NCBI GenBank assembly: GCA_038231275.1
Contig: JBBRLQ010000001.1
Coordinates: 416,001-480,000 of the forward strand
DNA: 64,000 bases
Source of the DNA: Polyangiales bacterium
GTDB lineage: Bacteria > Myxococcota_A > Polyangia > Polyangiales > Polyangiaceae
Direction of reading: 5' to 3'
In this document: one piece after another, positions 32,856-42,149 of the stretch
How the letters are laid out: each line of letters starts with the position of its first letter
Numbering within the stretch: the stretch's first letter is position 1
Translations under genes and position numbers: made by a program
Notes under the pieces: model-generated
What the model was told of the DNA's origin: nothing
Databases searched by the model: none
Seen by the model: only the letters and a program-made list of their open reading frames with translations

Positions 32856-34013
32856 TCAGATGCGCATCGGCATCACGACGGCGAGGAACTGCGTGTCCGG
32901 CGCCGCGTTGGCCGGCCGCAGGACCGCCGGATCGAGCTCACCCGAGAGGCCGAGGATGACCTCCTCGTCGGTGAGTGAGCCGAGCACGTCGAGGAAGTAC
33001 TTCGCGTTGAAGCCGATCGTGATCGGCGCGCCGGTGTACTCGACGGGCACCTCATCGAAGCCGTCGCCGCTGTCGGGCGACTCGCTCGTGATGCGCATCG
33101 TGCCGGGCTGGATTCCGATCTTCACGCCGCCGGTGCGCTCGCTCGCCGCGATTGCGACGGCGCGGAGTGCATCGGCGAAGGCCGCGCGCGGTGCGTGGAC
33201 CTGCTTGTCGCTCTGCTTCGGGATGACCTGCGCGTACGGAGGGAACTGCGCGTCGACGAGCTTCACGCTGAACGTCATGCCGCCGCCCTGGAAGAACGCC
33301 GACGAGCCGCTCTGCGTGATCTGGAGCGTCTGCTTCGCGTCCTTGCCTTCGGGGTTGGGCGTCGGGTTGGCGAGCATCTCGTCGCACAGCCGACGGAGCT
33401 CCTGGATGGCCTTCAGCGGGATGAGCATCGTCGCCGACGCCTGACGGCCCGCGACCTTGACCTCCATCTTCGAGAGCCGGTGCCCGTCCGTCGTCACCAT
33501 GCGCACGGTGTCGCCGTCCCACTCGAAGAGCGCGCTGTTCAGGTGCGCGCGCGTCTCGTCGGTCGAGATCGAGAAATGCGTCTTGTCGATGAGCTGCTTC
33601 AGCACGTCGACCTCGAGCGCGAGCGTCGGCGAGCCTTCCGCCGGCGTCGGCAACGGCGGGAAGTCTTCTCCCAGCATTCCGCGCAGCGTGTACCGGCGCG
33701 CGCTGCCCGTGGCCTTCAGCGTCGTCGTCGCGTTGTCTTGCGTCGCGATGTGGATGGGCCCGTCGGGCATCATCTTCACGCGCTCGAACAAATCTTTCGC
33801 CGGCACCGCGACGCTTCCGCCCTTGTGAACCTCACCGGCGATCTTCCCGAAGAGCGCGAGGTACAGATCCGTCGCCGCCACGCGCAGCGCGTTCGGGCCT
33901 TCCACCGCGAGCAGCACGTTCGAGAGCACAGGCATCGTGCTCTTGCGCTCCGCGACGCCCTGCATGCGGGTCACGAGCCTGAGCAGATCCTTCTTTGCTA
34001 CGGTGAGTTCCAT
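32856..34013 (-). CDS. dnaN: DNA polymerase III beta clamp
   Basis: PVLSNVL, ATDL, TDGHRL, GFNAKY, VVMPMRI. Confidence 0.97.
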   Translation of the reverse strand: MELTVAKKDLLRLVTRMQGVAERKSTMPVLSNVLLAVEGPNALRVAATDLYLALFGKIAGEVHKGGSVAVPAKDLFERVKMMPDGPIHIATQDNATTTLKATGSARRYTLRGMLGEDFPPLPTPAEGSPTLALEVDVLKQLIDKTHFSISTDETRAHLNSALFEWDGDTVRMVTTDGHRLSKMEVKVAGRQASATMLIPLKAIQELRRLCDEMLANPTPNPEGKDAKQTLQITQSGSSAFFQGGGMTFSVKLVDAQFPPYAQVIPKQSDKQVHAPRAAFADALRAVAIAASERTGGVKIGIQPGTMRITSESPDSGDGFDEVPVEYTGAPITIGFNAKYFLDVLGSLTDEEVILGLSGELDPAVLRPANAAPDTQFLAVVMPMRI

Positions 34014-34353
34014 GCCGGTCTCTCGGTCTCTTGCGGGCCGTCTTTGGGCGAACGGGTTTTGCGCGACACGACGCCGGATGGCCCGTGCCTCTCTTCTCTC
34101 ATCTCATTAGATTAGAAATATAGTGGTGTCGATAGGCCCTGTGGGTTGTGGGGACAAGACGAAAAGATTTGTCTGTAACGGCACTTAGGGTGCGATCGGG
34201 GTGTGGACCATGATCGGGGGAACCATGGTAGGGATCAGGGGACAACTCACCTACACGGTTGTCCGCAGGGGCTGCCCCATGCTTGTGCGCAGCCTTGTAG
34301 GCACCTTTCCCACAGCCCAGGCGTGGGGTTCCTGAGCGCCTCTCCGGGCGACG
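34014..34353. other. Candidate chromosomal replication origin (oriC)
   Basis: 340-bp non-coding gap upstream of dnaN; AT-rich tract ~34104-34122; degenerate DnaA boxes at 34140-48, 34149-57, 34202-10, 34237-45, 34259-67, 34283-91, 34306-14. Confidence 0.8.
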
Positions 34354-35688
34354 TCAGCGCGCTTCTTTGGAGAGCGTACGTGCGAGCAGATCGATGAGCT
34401 CACGGCGCGCGCGCTCGTAGGTCTTCGGGCCGATCTCGCCGGTCTTGTGCATGTCCTCGAGCTCTTCGAGCTCTTCGAGGAGCTGCGAGCGTTCGAGCTT
34501 GTCGAGCTCGCGCTTGCCCTTCCAGGGGCGCCGTTGGCCGAACGCGAGCGCCAGGCCCGCCAGGACGCCCACGGCGGTCAGGCCGGCCGCGACCTTTGGG
34601 CCCTGGCCCTTGGTCGGCAGGTTGCCGATCACGACCTTCATGCGGCGCATGGGCGCCTCCTCACGCTTCATCTGGTGCTCGGTGACGAGGAGGCGCTGCC
34701 CCTCGCCGTCGAAGCGCTGCTCGGCCGCTGGGAAGCCGGAGACCTCCAGCGTCATCCCGAGCGACGCCTGCGTCATCACGCGACCGACCGCGACGTGCGG
34801 GGGCAGACCGACCTCGAAAGAGACGTCCTTTTCGCCGGTGTACGGGAGCTGCCAGCGGAACTCGATGTCGGCGCGGCCTGGCGCGAAGGTGCCGTGGAGG
34901 CGGGCGCCCTTCTTCTCGACGTTTTCGACGCTCTTGTCGCTCATCTCCTCGTTGGCGCGGAATGCCGTGAAGCCTTCGGGGAGATCGACGTAGACCTCGC
35001 TCGGGACCCACGCCGTGCGGCCGAAATTGAAAATTTGCAGCGCCGACTGGAGCTGCACGCGATCGTCCTTCATCTCCGCGAAGAGGACCGACTGCATGAC
35101 GACGAGCGCCTCGTCGAGGCTGCGCGTGACGGGGTAGACGTGGAGGCGCGCCTTGATGCCGCGTGCCGGCGGGAGGTTGAACGGGCTCACGGCGAACGTC
35201 GCGCCGTCGCTGCTCACCGAGACGCGGTAGGAGACGTGCGAGCCGATCTCCTGCGCGTCGAACCGGATCATGCCAGCGTCATCGGCCTCGCGCACGACGC
35301 GCGTGCGGGCCTCGCCCTTCGCGACCGAGTTGTGGATGACGCCGACGGTGACCGACGTGTGCGGCAGCGGGCGATCGTCGGGATCGAGGATGGTCGCGGT
35401 GAACGAGCCTGCCGGGAGGGTCGGATCGTCCTCCACCGTGTCGGGCGGCGGGTTGAACATTCCCGGCACGGAGCCTGCGGCCGCGCCCGCGCCTGCGTGG
35501 CCCCCGCCGGCGTGCGGATCGGCATGCGGATCGGCATCTGATGCGGGATGCGCGTTGGCAGCCTGCGCGTCACCGGCGGCGCGCGCGTCTGCAGTGCGCG
35601 GGGCCTGCGCGTCCGACTGTGCCAGCGCCGGCGCGGCGGCGAGCAGCGCGCCCGCGAAGGCGAGAAGGGCGGAGGCGAGCCTACGCAT
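34354..35688 (-). CDS. Exported/membrane protein with carboxypeptidase-regulatory-like domain, ccm-associated
   Basis: Signal peptide, C-terminal TM helix and LEELE...GEI..YER tail; overlaps upstream ccm-cluster gene. Confidence 0.7.
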   Translation of the reverse strand: MRRLASALLAFAGALLAAAPALAQSDAQAPRTADARAAGDAQAANAHPASDADPHADPHAGGGHAGAGAAAGSVPGMFNPPPDTVEDDPTLPAGSFTATILDPDDRPLPHTSVTVGVIHNSVAKGEARTRVVREADDAGMIRFDAQEIGSHVSYRVSVSSDGATFAVSPFNLPPARGIKARLHVYPVTRSLDEALVVMQSVLFAEMKDDRVQLQSALQIFNFGRTAWVPSEVYVDLPEGFTAFRANEEMSDKSVENVEKKGARLHGTFAPGRADIEFRWQLPYTGEKDVSFEVGLPPHVAVGRVMTQASLGMTLEVSGFPAAEQRFDGEGQRLLVTEHQMKREEAPMRRMKVVIGNLPTKGQGPKVAAGLTAVGVLAGLALAFGQRRPWKGKRELDKLERSQLLEELEELEDMHKTGEIGPKTYERARRELIDLLARTLSKEAR

Positions 35689-36505
35689 GCGACTCCTCCG
35701 CGGTGAGCGCCGTTCCGCACTTCTTGCAGAACGCGGCGTCGGGCTCGTTCGAGACGTCGCACTTGGGGCACGCGACGCGCTTCGGCGACGAGCCGGCGGC
35801 GCTCGCAGCGCTTGCGGTCGGCTCCTTCGGCGTGGAAGCGCGCTTCGTCTTGCCGGGCTTGCCGGGCTTGCCGGGCTTCGCGGGCGGCACGATCGCCACC
35901 GGAGCCTCCTCGTCGTCGTCGACCGGCGAGTCCTTCGCGGCCATCACGGGCGCGCTGTCGTCGTCGCTCTCGCCGAGGCCGCGCTTCTCCAGGTGCCTCT
36001 TCGCGAGACGCTCGGCCTCGTCGCGGAACGGATCGATCTGCCCGTCCATTTCGCGCATCAGCGCCTTGGCGTCCTGGCGGAAGCGATCGCCGAGGGACGC
36101 GTAGTCCTTGTCGTCGATCTTGCCGACGGAGTGCTCGAGCTCGAGATCCTTCAGGGCGCGGAGGACGCGGCGCTTCTGCTCGCCGAGGTTGTCGACCTTG
36201 CGTGAGCGCACCGCGATCGCTTCGAGATCCGTCGGCAGGGGCGCGTCGCCGCTGAGCGTGCGGAGGCTCGCCCACAGGAGTGCGATCACGCCGAGCAGCG
36301 TGCCCGCCGCGAGGACGAGGATCGCTGGACCGAGGCCGACGATGAACCCGGTCACGATCGCTCCGCCCACCGTCGCGAGCGGGATGCCCATCGCCGCGTA
36401 CCGGGCGAGGCGTCGTTCGGCGTCCGCGGTGTCATCGCCCGTCGCGCTCGTCGCGCCGGCGTCGCGCGCGATGGCCGCGGTCGCCTCGTCCTTCGTGTCA
36501 GCCAT
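35681..36505 (-). CDS. CcmI-like membrane protein with C-terminal zinc ribbon
   Basis: Two TM helices; LKDLELEHSVGKIDDKDY; CPKC...FCKKCG. Confidence 0.75.
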   Translation of the reverse strand: MADTKDEATAAIARDAGATSATGDDTADAERRLARYAAMGIPLATVGGAIVTGFIVGLGPAILVLAAGTLLGVIALLWASLRTLSGDAPLPTDLEAIAVRSRKVDNLGEQKRRVLRALKDLELEHSVGKIDDKDYASLGDRFRQDAKALMREMDGQIDPFRDEAERLAKRHLEKRGLGESDDDSAPVMAAKDSPVDDDEEAPVAIVPPAKPGKPGKPGKTKRASTPKEPTASAASAAGSSPKRVACPKCDVSNEPDAAFCKKCGTALTAEESHA

Positions 36506-39395
36506 CCAAGTCCTTGAGCTCCTCGTCCAGCCGCGCATCGTACTCGTCCCGCGGCGGCGCGTCGCCGTTCTTGGGTCGGTCGCCCGGTCCGCCCGCGCCG
36601 CCTCCGGCTCCTCCTGCTCCGGGAGGGCCCTTGGGCTTGCCGCGCCACTTCTTGATGAGGACGCCAAGGCCTACGCCGCCCCCCAGGATGGCGGCGAGCG
36701 GAACGGCATAAATCGCCCGCATCGCGCCGGTGTTCGGCGGGACGACGATCGCGTCAGTGCCCCACTCCTGCACGTACTCGAGCATGATCTGATCGCGCAG
36801 CTCTCCCGCCTTGAGCTTCTCGCGGACCTTCGTGCGCGCGTCGTCGGCGTCGGCGCACGCGCAGGAGGTGAGCGGGAGGCGCTCGCAGCCGCGGCACATG
36901 CACCGCAGCTTCCCGAACACGTCGCGCTCTTGCTCGTTCTCGATTCGCACCGTGCCGGCGTGCGTGCTCGATCCTTGTGCGAACGCTTGCTGCGGCAAGA
37001 GCGCGAGGAAGATGCCCAGCGTGATGCTAGCCGTCGCTCCTGCGGCGCCTCGCGCGAACTGCCAGGCGCGCGATTCCTGAGGCTGGAGCTCTGGCCACAT
37101 GCACACGATGCTGCCTGCGATCAGCACCAGCACCCCGAACCAGATCCATCCGACGAGCGCGTTCAGGTGGACCTGCAAACTGGCGGTCTTCGTCTGTGGA
37201 TTGATGGTGCCGACAACGAGGTACAGATCGTCGCGGAGCGAGTGCAGCATCGACACCTCGGTCGTCGGCGACTCCGGCATCTTCTTGTAGATGAACTTCG
37301 CGGGATTCATCGTGCCGCGCGACGTTCCGCCGGTGATCTTGCCGTCGACGACGGTGGCGTTCTCCCAGACCTTGACGTCGGCGAAGACCATGCGCTTCGA
37401 GTTGTCGACCTCCATGCGCGGGCCCACGTACTCGAGCGTGAGGCGATCGATCTGGTAGGTCTGGCCGGGGGAGAGCGTCGTCTCCTTGTCGATGTTCCAT
37501 GCGTGCCCGGTGAAGCCGAACACCATGATGCAGATGGAGAGGTGGACGATGTACCCGCCGTAGCGGCGTCGCGATGGCGGCGACAGCGTGAGGATCGTGT
37601 AAACGAAGCCGGGGACGAGACCCGCGTACCAGAGGATCTGCGGGACGCTCTTGTTCGCGCCGCTCTTTCGACGCGCGGCGAAGAGGAGCGCGTACTCCTG
37701 CGCGATGACCGCCGCGTTGAACCCGCACAGCGTGACCGCGATGACCGGCGTGTACGCGTTGAACGCGCGCAAGACGGCACCGAGCGGGCCGGGGTAAATC
37801 GAGTCGGAGTAGACGACGGCCGGGTACCCGATCTTGGCCCCCAGCGTGAAGTGCAGGACCATCATCGCGATCGCGGCGGCGATCGGAATGCGGAACGCGC
37901 GTTTGAGCGCATCGTCGCTGGTCTTCTTCCACCCGAAGAGCGTGCCGACCCCCATGAGGAAGAAGATCGTCAGCCCGATCGGCTGCACCCACGCGTTGTA
38001 GTAGGGCGGGCCGACGGTGACCTTCTCCTTCCACACCGCTTCGCTGATCATCGGGAAGGTGGTGGCGACGAGGACGAACACCATGAAGCCGAGCAGCGCC
38101 CAGTTGTTCAGGAGGAAGGTGAACTCGCGCGACCAGATCGACTCGATCTCCGGGCGCTCCGAGAAGAGGACCAGGCCCATCGTCATGCGACGGAAGACGA
38201 GCTCGATGCCGGCGTAGACCGCCGCGCCCGCGACGCTCGCGAGGAGGATCGCCTTCACGCCGGTCGACACGGTGAGCACGTTGGCCAGGAAGATGAGGCC
38301 GGGGCCGCACGCGATGAGGATGAGCCAGCCCGTCGCGAGGGCCGCCTTGCGGAGGCGCGGCGTCGGCGGCAGGTTGCGGAGCTCCGGCCAACGGTAGAGG
38401 ACGAGCGTGAACGCGAACGCCGCGAGCGCAACGAGGAACCACACGAAGTACTCGCCGATCGACGACTGCGCGAACGAGTGAACGCTGGCGATGGCGCCCG
38501 AGCGCGTGAGGAAGGTCCCGAAGATCGTGAGGAAGAACGTGAGCGCGATGAGCGACACGTTCCACACTTTGAGCAGCCCACGGCGCTCCTGGATCATGAC
38601 GGAGTGGACGTACGCGCTCGCCGTCAAAAACGGCAAAAACGCCGCGTTTTCTACCGGATCCCACGCCCAGTAGCCACCCCACCCGAGCTCCTCGTAGGCC
38701 CACAGCATGCCGAGCGCGTTGCCGATGCCGAGGAAGAGCCACGCGAAGAGGGTCCACTTTCGACTGGCGACGATCCACTCGTGATCGAGCCGCCCGGTGA
38801 CGAGCGCCGCCACCGCGAACGCGAACGGGACGGTGCACCCGACGAAGCCCGTGTAGAGGCTCGGCGGGTGGATGATCATGTAGAAATTCTGGAGGAGCGG
38901 GTTCAGCCCCTCACCGTCGGCGCGCGCGCCGCCCACGCTCGTCGAGAACGGGTTGGCCGCGAACGCCATCAGCACGCAGAAGAAGATGACGACCGCCATC
39001 AGCGTCGCGATGACGTACGGCTGGAGCTCGAGGTAGCGCTTTCCGAGCCATTTCACGCACACGCCGATGTAGATGCTGAGGAGGAACATCCACCAGAGGA
39101 GCGAGCCGTCCTGGCCTCCCCATAGCGCCGTCAGCAGGTACGCGGGCGCCATCGAGCGGTCCGAGTAGTGCGAGACGTAGCGGAGCCGGAAGTCGTGGCT
39201 CACGAACGCGTAGGCGAGGCAGAGCACCGCCGCCGCGACGAGGGCCACCGTTCCGTACGCGCCGAAGCGCGCGGCTTGGAGCGTTCGCGGTCTGCCGTTC
39301 GCGCCTGCCGCGAGCGATACGGCGAACGTGTAGCCGGCAGCGACCATGACGCAAAGGAGCACGGTGCTCCCGAACAGGGGGAAGGTTGTCCACAT
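36498..39395 (-). CDS. ccmF: Cytochrome c biogenesis heme lyase CcmF fused to a CcmH domain
   Basis: WGGQDGSLL, HPP, WGGYWAWDPVEN, SVHSF; C-terminal LRCMCRGC...QIMLEYVQEWG CcmH-like domain. Confidence 0.93.
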   Translation of the reverse strand: MWTTFPLFGSTVLLCVMVAAGYTFAVSLAAGANGRPRTLQAARFGAYGTVALVAAAVLCLAYAFVSHDFRLRYVSHYSDRSMAPAYLLTALWGGQDGSLLWWMFLLSIYIGVCVKWLGKRYLELQPYVIATLMAVVIFFCVLMAFAANPFSTSVGGARADGEGLNPLLQNFYMIIHPPSLYTGFVGCTVPFAFAVAALVTGRLDHEWIVASRKWTLFAWLFLGIGNALGMLWAYEELGWGGYWAWDPVENAAFLPFLTASAYVHSVMIQERRGLLKVWNVSLIALTFFLTIFGTFLTRSGAIASVHSFAQSSIGEYFVWFLVALAAFAFTLVLYRWPELRNLPPTPRLRKAALATGWLILIACGPGLIFLANVLTVSTGVKAILLASVAGAAVYAGIELVFRRMTMGLVLFSERPEIESIWSREFTFLLNNWALLGFMVFVLVATTFPMISEAVWKEKVTVGPPYYNAWVQPIGLTIFFLMGVGTLFGWKKTSDDALKRAFRIPIAAAIAMMVLHFTLGAKIGYPAVVYSDSIYPGPLGAVLRAFNAYTPVIAVTLCGFNAAVIAQEYALLFAARRKSGANKSVPQILWYAGLVPGFVYTILTLSPPSRRRYGGYIVHLSICIMVFGFTGHAWNIDKETTLSPGQTYQIDRLTLEYVGPRMEVDNSKRMVFADVKVWENATVVDGKITGGTSRGTMNPAKFIYKKMPESPTTEVSMLHSLRDDLYLVVGTINPQTKTASLQVHLNALVGWIWFGVLVLIAGSIVCMWPELQPQESRAWQFARGAAGATASITLGIFLALLPQQAFAQGSSTHAGTVRIENEQERDVFGKLRCMCRGCERLPLTSCACADADDARTKVREKLKAGELRDQIMLEYVQEWGTDAIVVPPNTGAMRAIYAVPLAAILGGGVGLGVLIKKWRGKPKGPPGAGGAGGGAGGPGDRPKNGDAPPRDEYDARLDEELKDLDG

Positions 39396-39470
39396 TGGCG
39401 GTTGCGGCAAGTCTAGCAGGGTCCCGAAAAACCGTTGCGTCGCCGAGGGGAGCGAGCGAGTGGTGGAGGT

Positions 39471-40391
39471 GTGAGCAAGTCGGATGCGGCGCGTGGGGCC
39501 TGGAAGACCCACGCCGCCTTGCTCGTCGTGCAGCTCGCGTTCGCGTCCCAGGCGGTCGAGGGAAAGATCGCGCTGATGCCGCGCGAATCCGGCGGTGAGG
39601 GGGTGCCCCCGGAGGCGCTGGCGATGGCGCGCATGCTCGGCGCAGCGCTCTTCTTTCAGCTGTTCGCGCGCGCGACGCGGAGCTTGGGGGCGGCGTCGTT
39701 GGGCGATCACGCGCGCTTGGCGGGGCTCGGCGTGCTCGGCGTCGCGCTGAACCAAGCGCTCTTCTTGACCGGGCTCAAGCACACGACGGCGATGGCCGCG
39801 TCGCTCATCGGGATATCCATCCCGGTCATCACGGCTGGGCTGGCGGTGGCGTTTCGTCAAGAACGGGCGAGCATGCGGACCGCGCTCGGGATCGTGCTGG
39901 CGGCGGGCGGCGTGCTGTTCCTGATCGGTGTGCGGAGCGTCGATCGCGGCGCGCTCATCATCGCGGCAAACTGCGTGAGCTACTCGGCGTACATCGTCCT
40001 GTCGCGCGGGACGATCCAGCGGCTCGGGGCGATGACGACGATCACATGGGTCTTCACGTGGGCCGCGGTCCTCTTTGCGCCTTTCGGGATGGCGTCGCTC
40101 GCGACAAGCGTTGGGGCCTTCTCGCCGCGCGCGTGGTGGCTCGTCACGTACATCGTCGTCGTGCCGACGATCGTGGCGTACCTCTTCAACGCGTGGGCGC
40201 TGGGGCGGTCGAGCGCGACGCTGGTGACCGTGTACATCTACACGCAGCCCGTCATCACTGCGGTGCTGGCGTGGGTGCAGCTCGGACAGTCGCTCAGCGT
40301 GAAGCTCGTCGTGTCGGCGGGCCTCATCGCGTGCGGCGTCGGCGTCGTGGCGACGCGTCGCGCGAGGCTGCCGGTTGCGTCGCGAACCTGA
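39471..40391 (+). CDS. DMT/EamA family transporter
   Basis: About 10 TM segments with EamA repeat pattern; GGAGGT RBS. Confidence 0.9.
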   Translation: MSKSDAARGAWKTHAALLVVQLAFASQAVEGKIALMPRESGGEGVPPEALAMARMLGAALFFQLFARATRSLGAASLGDHARLAGLGVLGVALNQALFLTGLKHTTAMAASLIGISIPVITAGLAVAFRQERASMRTALGIVLAAGGVLFLIGVRSVDRGALIIAANCVSYSAYIVLSRGTIQRLGAMTTITWVFTWAAVLFAPFGMASLATSVGAFSPRAWWLVTYIVVVPTIVAYLFNAWALGRSSATLVTVYIYTQPVITAVLAWVQLGQSLSVKLVVSAGLIACGVGVVATRRARLPVASRT

Positions 40392-40463
40392 GTGGAGCGA
40401 AGCGCAGCGGAGCGAAACGTTCCTGCCGGAAAGGGCTGACCGGCTTTCCGGTCAGGCTCTGAG
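40389..40463 (+). repeat. Dispersed hairpin repeat, full copy 4 (begins at stop codon)
   Basis: TGAGTGGAGCGAAGCGCAGCGGAGCGAAACG...CTGACCGG-CTTT-CCGGTCAG...TGAG. Confidence 0.9.
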
Positions 40464-40467
40464 CGGG

Positions 40468-41544
40468 TCAGGCGGGGAGGACACGCCCGAGGCGGAGGAG
40501 CGCTTCGTCGAGCTCGGCGCCGCCGAGGGAGGCCCACGAGAGGCGGAAGCCGTTGGGGACGCCGAAGAACGATCCCGCCGAGACAAGCACGCCGTGATGG
40601 CGCGCGGCGTCCTCCAGGATCGGCAAGAGGTCTCCGGCGCGCGAGCTCGTCGCGAGGCCGAACAGACCCTCGCTCGGGGCGCTCCACGTGAGGTCCGGCC
40701 GCGTCGCCATCCACGCCGCCACGCGCTCGCGGCGGCCCGCCACCGTCGCACGTGTCCGCGTCGCGAGGGCGTCGACGTTCGCGAGCGCGTGCGCCCCGAG
40801 GTTCGCGTGCGAGACCGGAAGGTTGCCGAGCGTCGCGGTCAAGACGTCCTCTGCGCGCGCGGTGACGTCGGCCGGGCCGAGGAGCCAGCCGATGCGGTGC
40901 GGCCCGAGGCCGTAGCACTTGGTGAGGCTGCCGGCGCACACGATGTTGGGCGCCAGCTTGCGCGCGCTCCCGCGGAAGACGCCCGCGTCGGTGAGCGCGT
41001 CGAACGGGGCGTACACTTCATCGACGAGCAGGTATGCGCCGCGCGATCGGCAGACGGCCGCGATCTCCGCGAGGCGCGCGTCGGACGTGCGCACACCGGT
41101 CGGGTTGTGGTGGTTGGTGATCGCGACGACGCGCGTGCGAAGCGTCATCGCGTGCGCGACACGGTCGGGATCGATCGCCCAATTTGCGTCGGCCTTCCGC
41201 TCGAAGCGGACGACGCGCGCGCCGACTCCCTCCGCGGCGCGCGTGAGGGGCTCGTAGCCGGGGTCCTCCACGAGGACGTCGTCGCCCGGCGAGACGAGCG
41301 ACGCGTAGGCGAGCCACAGCGCGTGCGCGGTGCCGAGCGCCGGCGTCACCTCCGCCCGCGGGACATCGTTGTACTTTGCAATCGACGCGGGAAGGCGCTC
41401 GATTCCTGCCGGATCGTCGAGGTCGGGCGGCGCGCCGAGCTCCTCCTTCGAGACCAGGGGCGCGCCGCTCGTCGCCAGATCGTACGCCACCTTCCCGAAG
41501 AACTGCCGCGCCCACGCGAGGTAGCGCGTCGGCGCGTAGCTCAT
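40468..41544 (-). CDS. PLP-dependent aminotransferase, class I/II
   Basis: TNHHNPTG, VDEVY, GSLTKCYGLGPHRIGW. Confidence 0.92.
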   Translation of the reverse strand: MSYAPTRYLAWARQFFGKVAYDLATSGAPLVSKEELGAPPDLDDPAGIERLPASIAKYNDVPRAEVTPALGTAHALWLAYASLVSPGDDVLVEDPGYEPLTRAAEGVGARVVRFERKADANWAIDPDRVAHAMTLRTRVVAITNHHNPTGVRTSDARLAEIAAVCRSRGAYLLVDEVYAPFDALTDAGVFRGSARKLAPNIVCAGSLTKCYGLGPHRIGWLLGPADVTARAEDVLTATLGNLPVSHANLGAHALANVDALATRTRATVAGRRERVAAWMATRPDLTWSAPSEGLFGLATSSRAGDLLPILEDAARHHGVLVSAGSFFGVPNGFRLSWASLGGAELDEALLRLGRVLPA

Positions 41545-42149
41545 TTGGCGCTCGCGGGCGCGGCGGTGTTGGGGGGCGTCGTGCCGGTGGTGGTGGTGAC
41601 CGAGAAGGTGGCCTCGCGGAGGACGTTCCCGCGCGCGGTCGACGCGTGGATCGTGCCCGTGAAGGTGCTCCCGCTGCGAACGCCGTAGCCGATGCCGGTG
41701 AAGCCGCCGTCGCTAGGATCGGCGCGGAGCAGCGTGAACGTGACGACGCCGCCGTCGCCGAGCTGTCCGTTGATCATCGCGGGGCCGAGCGCGCCGTCGC
41801 TCTTGCCGTGCACGCGGCCGGTAGCGCCGTCGATTCGAAAGCCGAGGGTGCCCGGACCGAGGCCGTCGCCGGCATCCTCCCCGCTCCACTTCGGGGCGTC
41901 GGGCGAAGGCGTGAGCGAGCCGATCGCCGCCGCGTACGTTCCTTCGAACGAGGTGTCGACCGGGCCTGCGTCGACGGGAGGTGCTGCGACGACGGCGCTC
42001 GCGGCGCCCTTCGCTCCACTCGCCACGCCGGTGGCGCTCGCCGCCGCGGGTGAGGACGACGACGCGTCGGGTCGGCTGCACCCGAGGCTTGCCGCGAGGA
42101 CGCCTGCGAGGAGGACTCCTGCGACGAGGGAGGGGAGGCGCAGGATCAT
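41541..42149 (-). CDS. Hypothetical lipoprotein
   Basis: SLGC lipobox; ATGA overlaps with both neighbours. Confidence 0.7.
   Translation of the reverse strand: MILRLPSLVAGVLLAGVLAASLGCSRPDASSSSPAAASATGVASGAKGAASAVVAAPPVDAGPVDTSFEGTYAAAIGSLTPSPDAPKWSGEDAGDGLGPGTLGFRIDGATGRVHGKSDGALGPAMINGQLGDGGVVTFTLLRADPSDGGFTGIGYGVRSGSTFTGTIHASTARGNVLREATFSVTTTTGTTPPNTAAPASAK

Noticed and set aside
35850-35880. KPG x3 9-bp repeat in the zinc-ribbon gene
   Set aside because: Ordinary low-complexity linker
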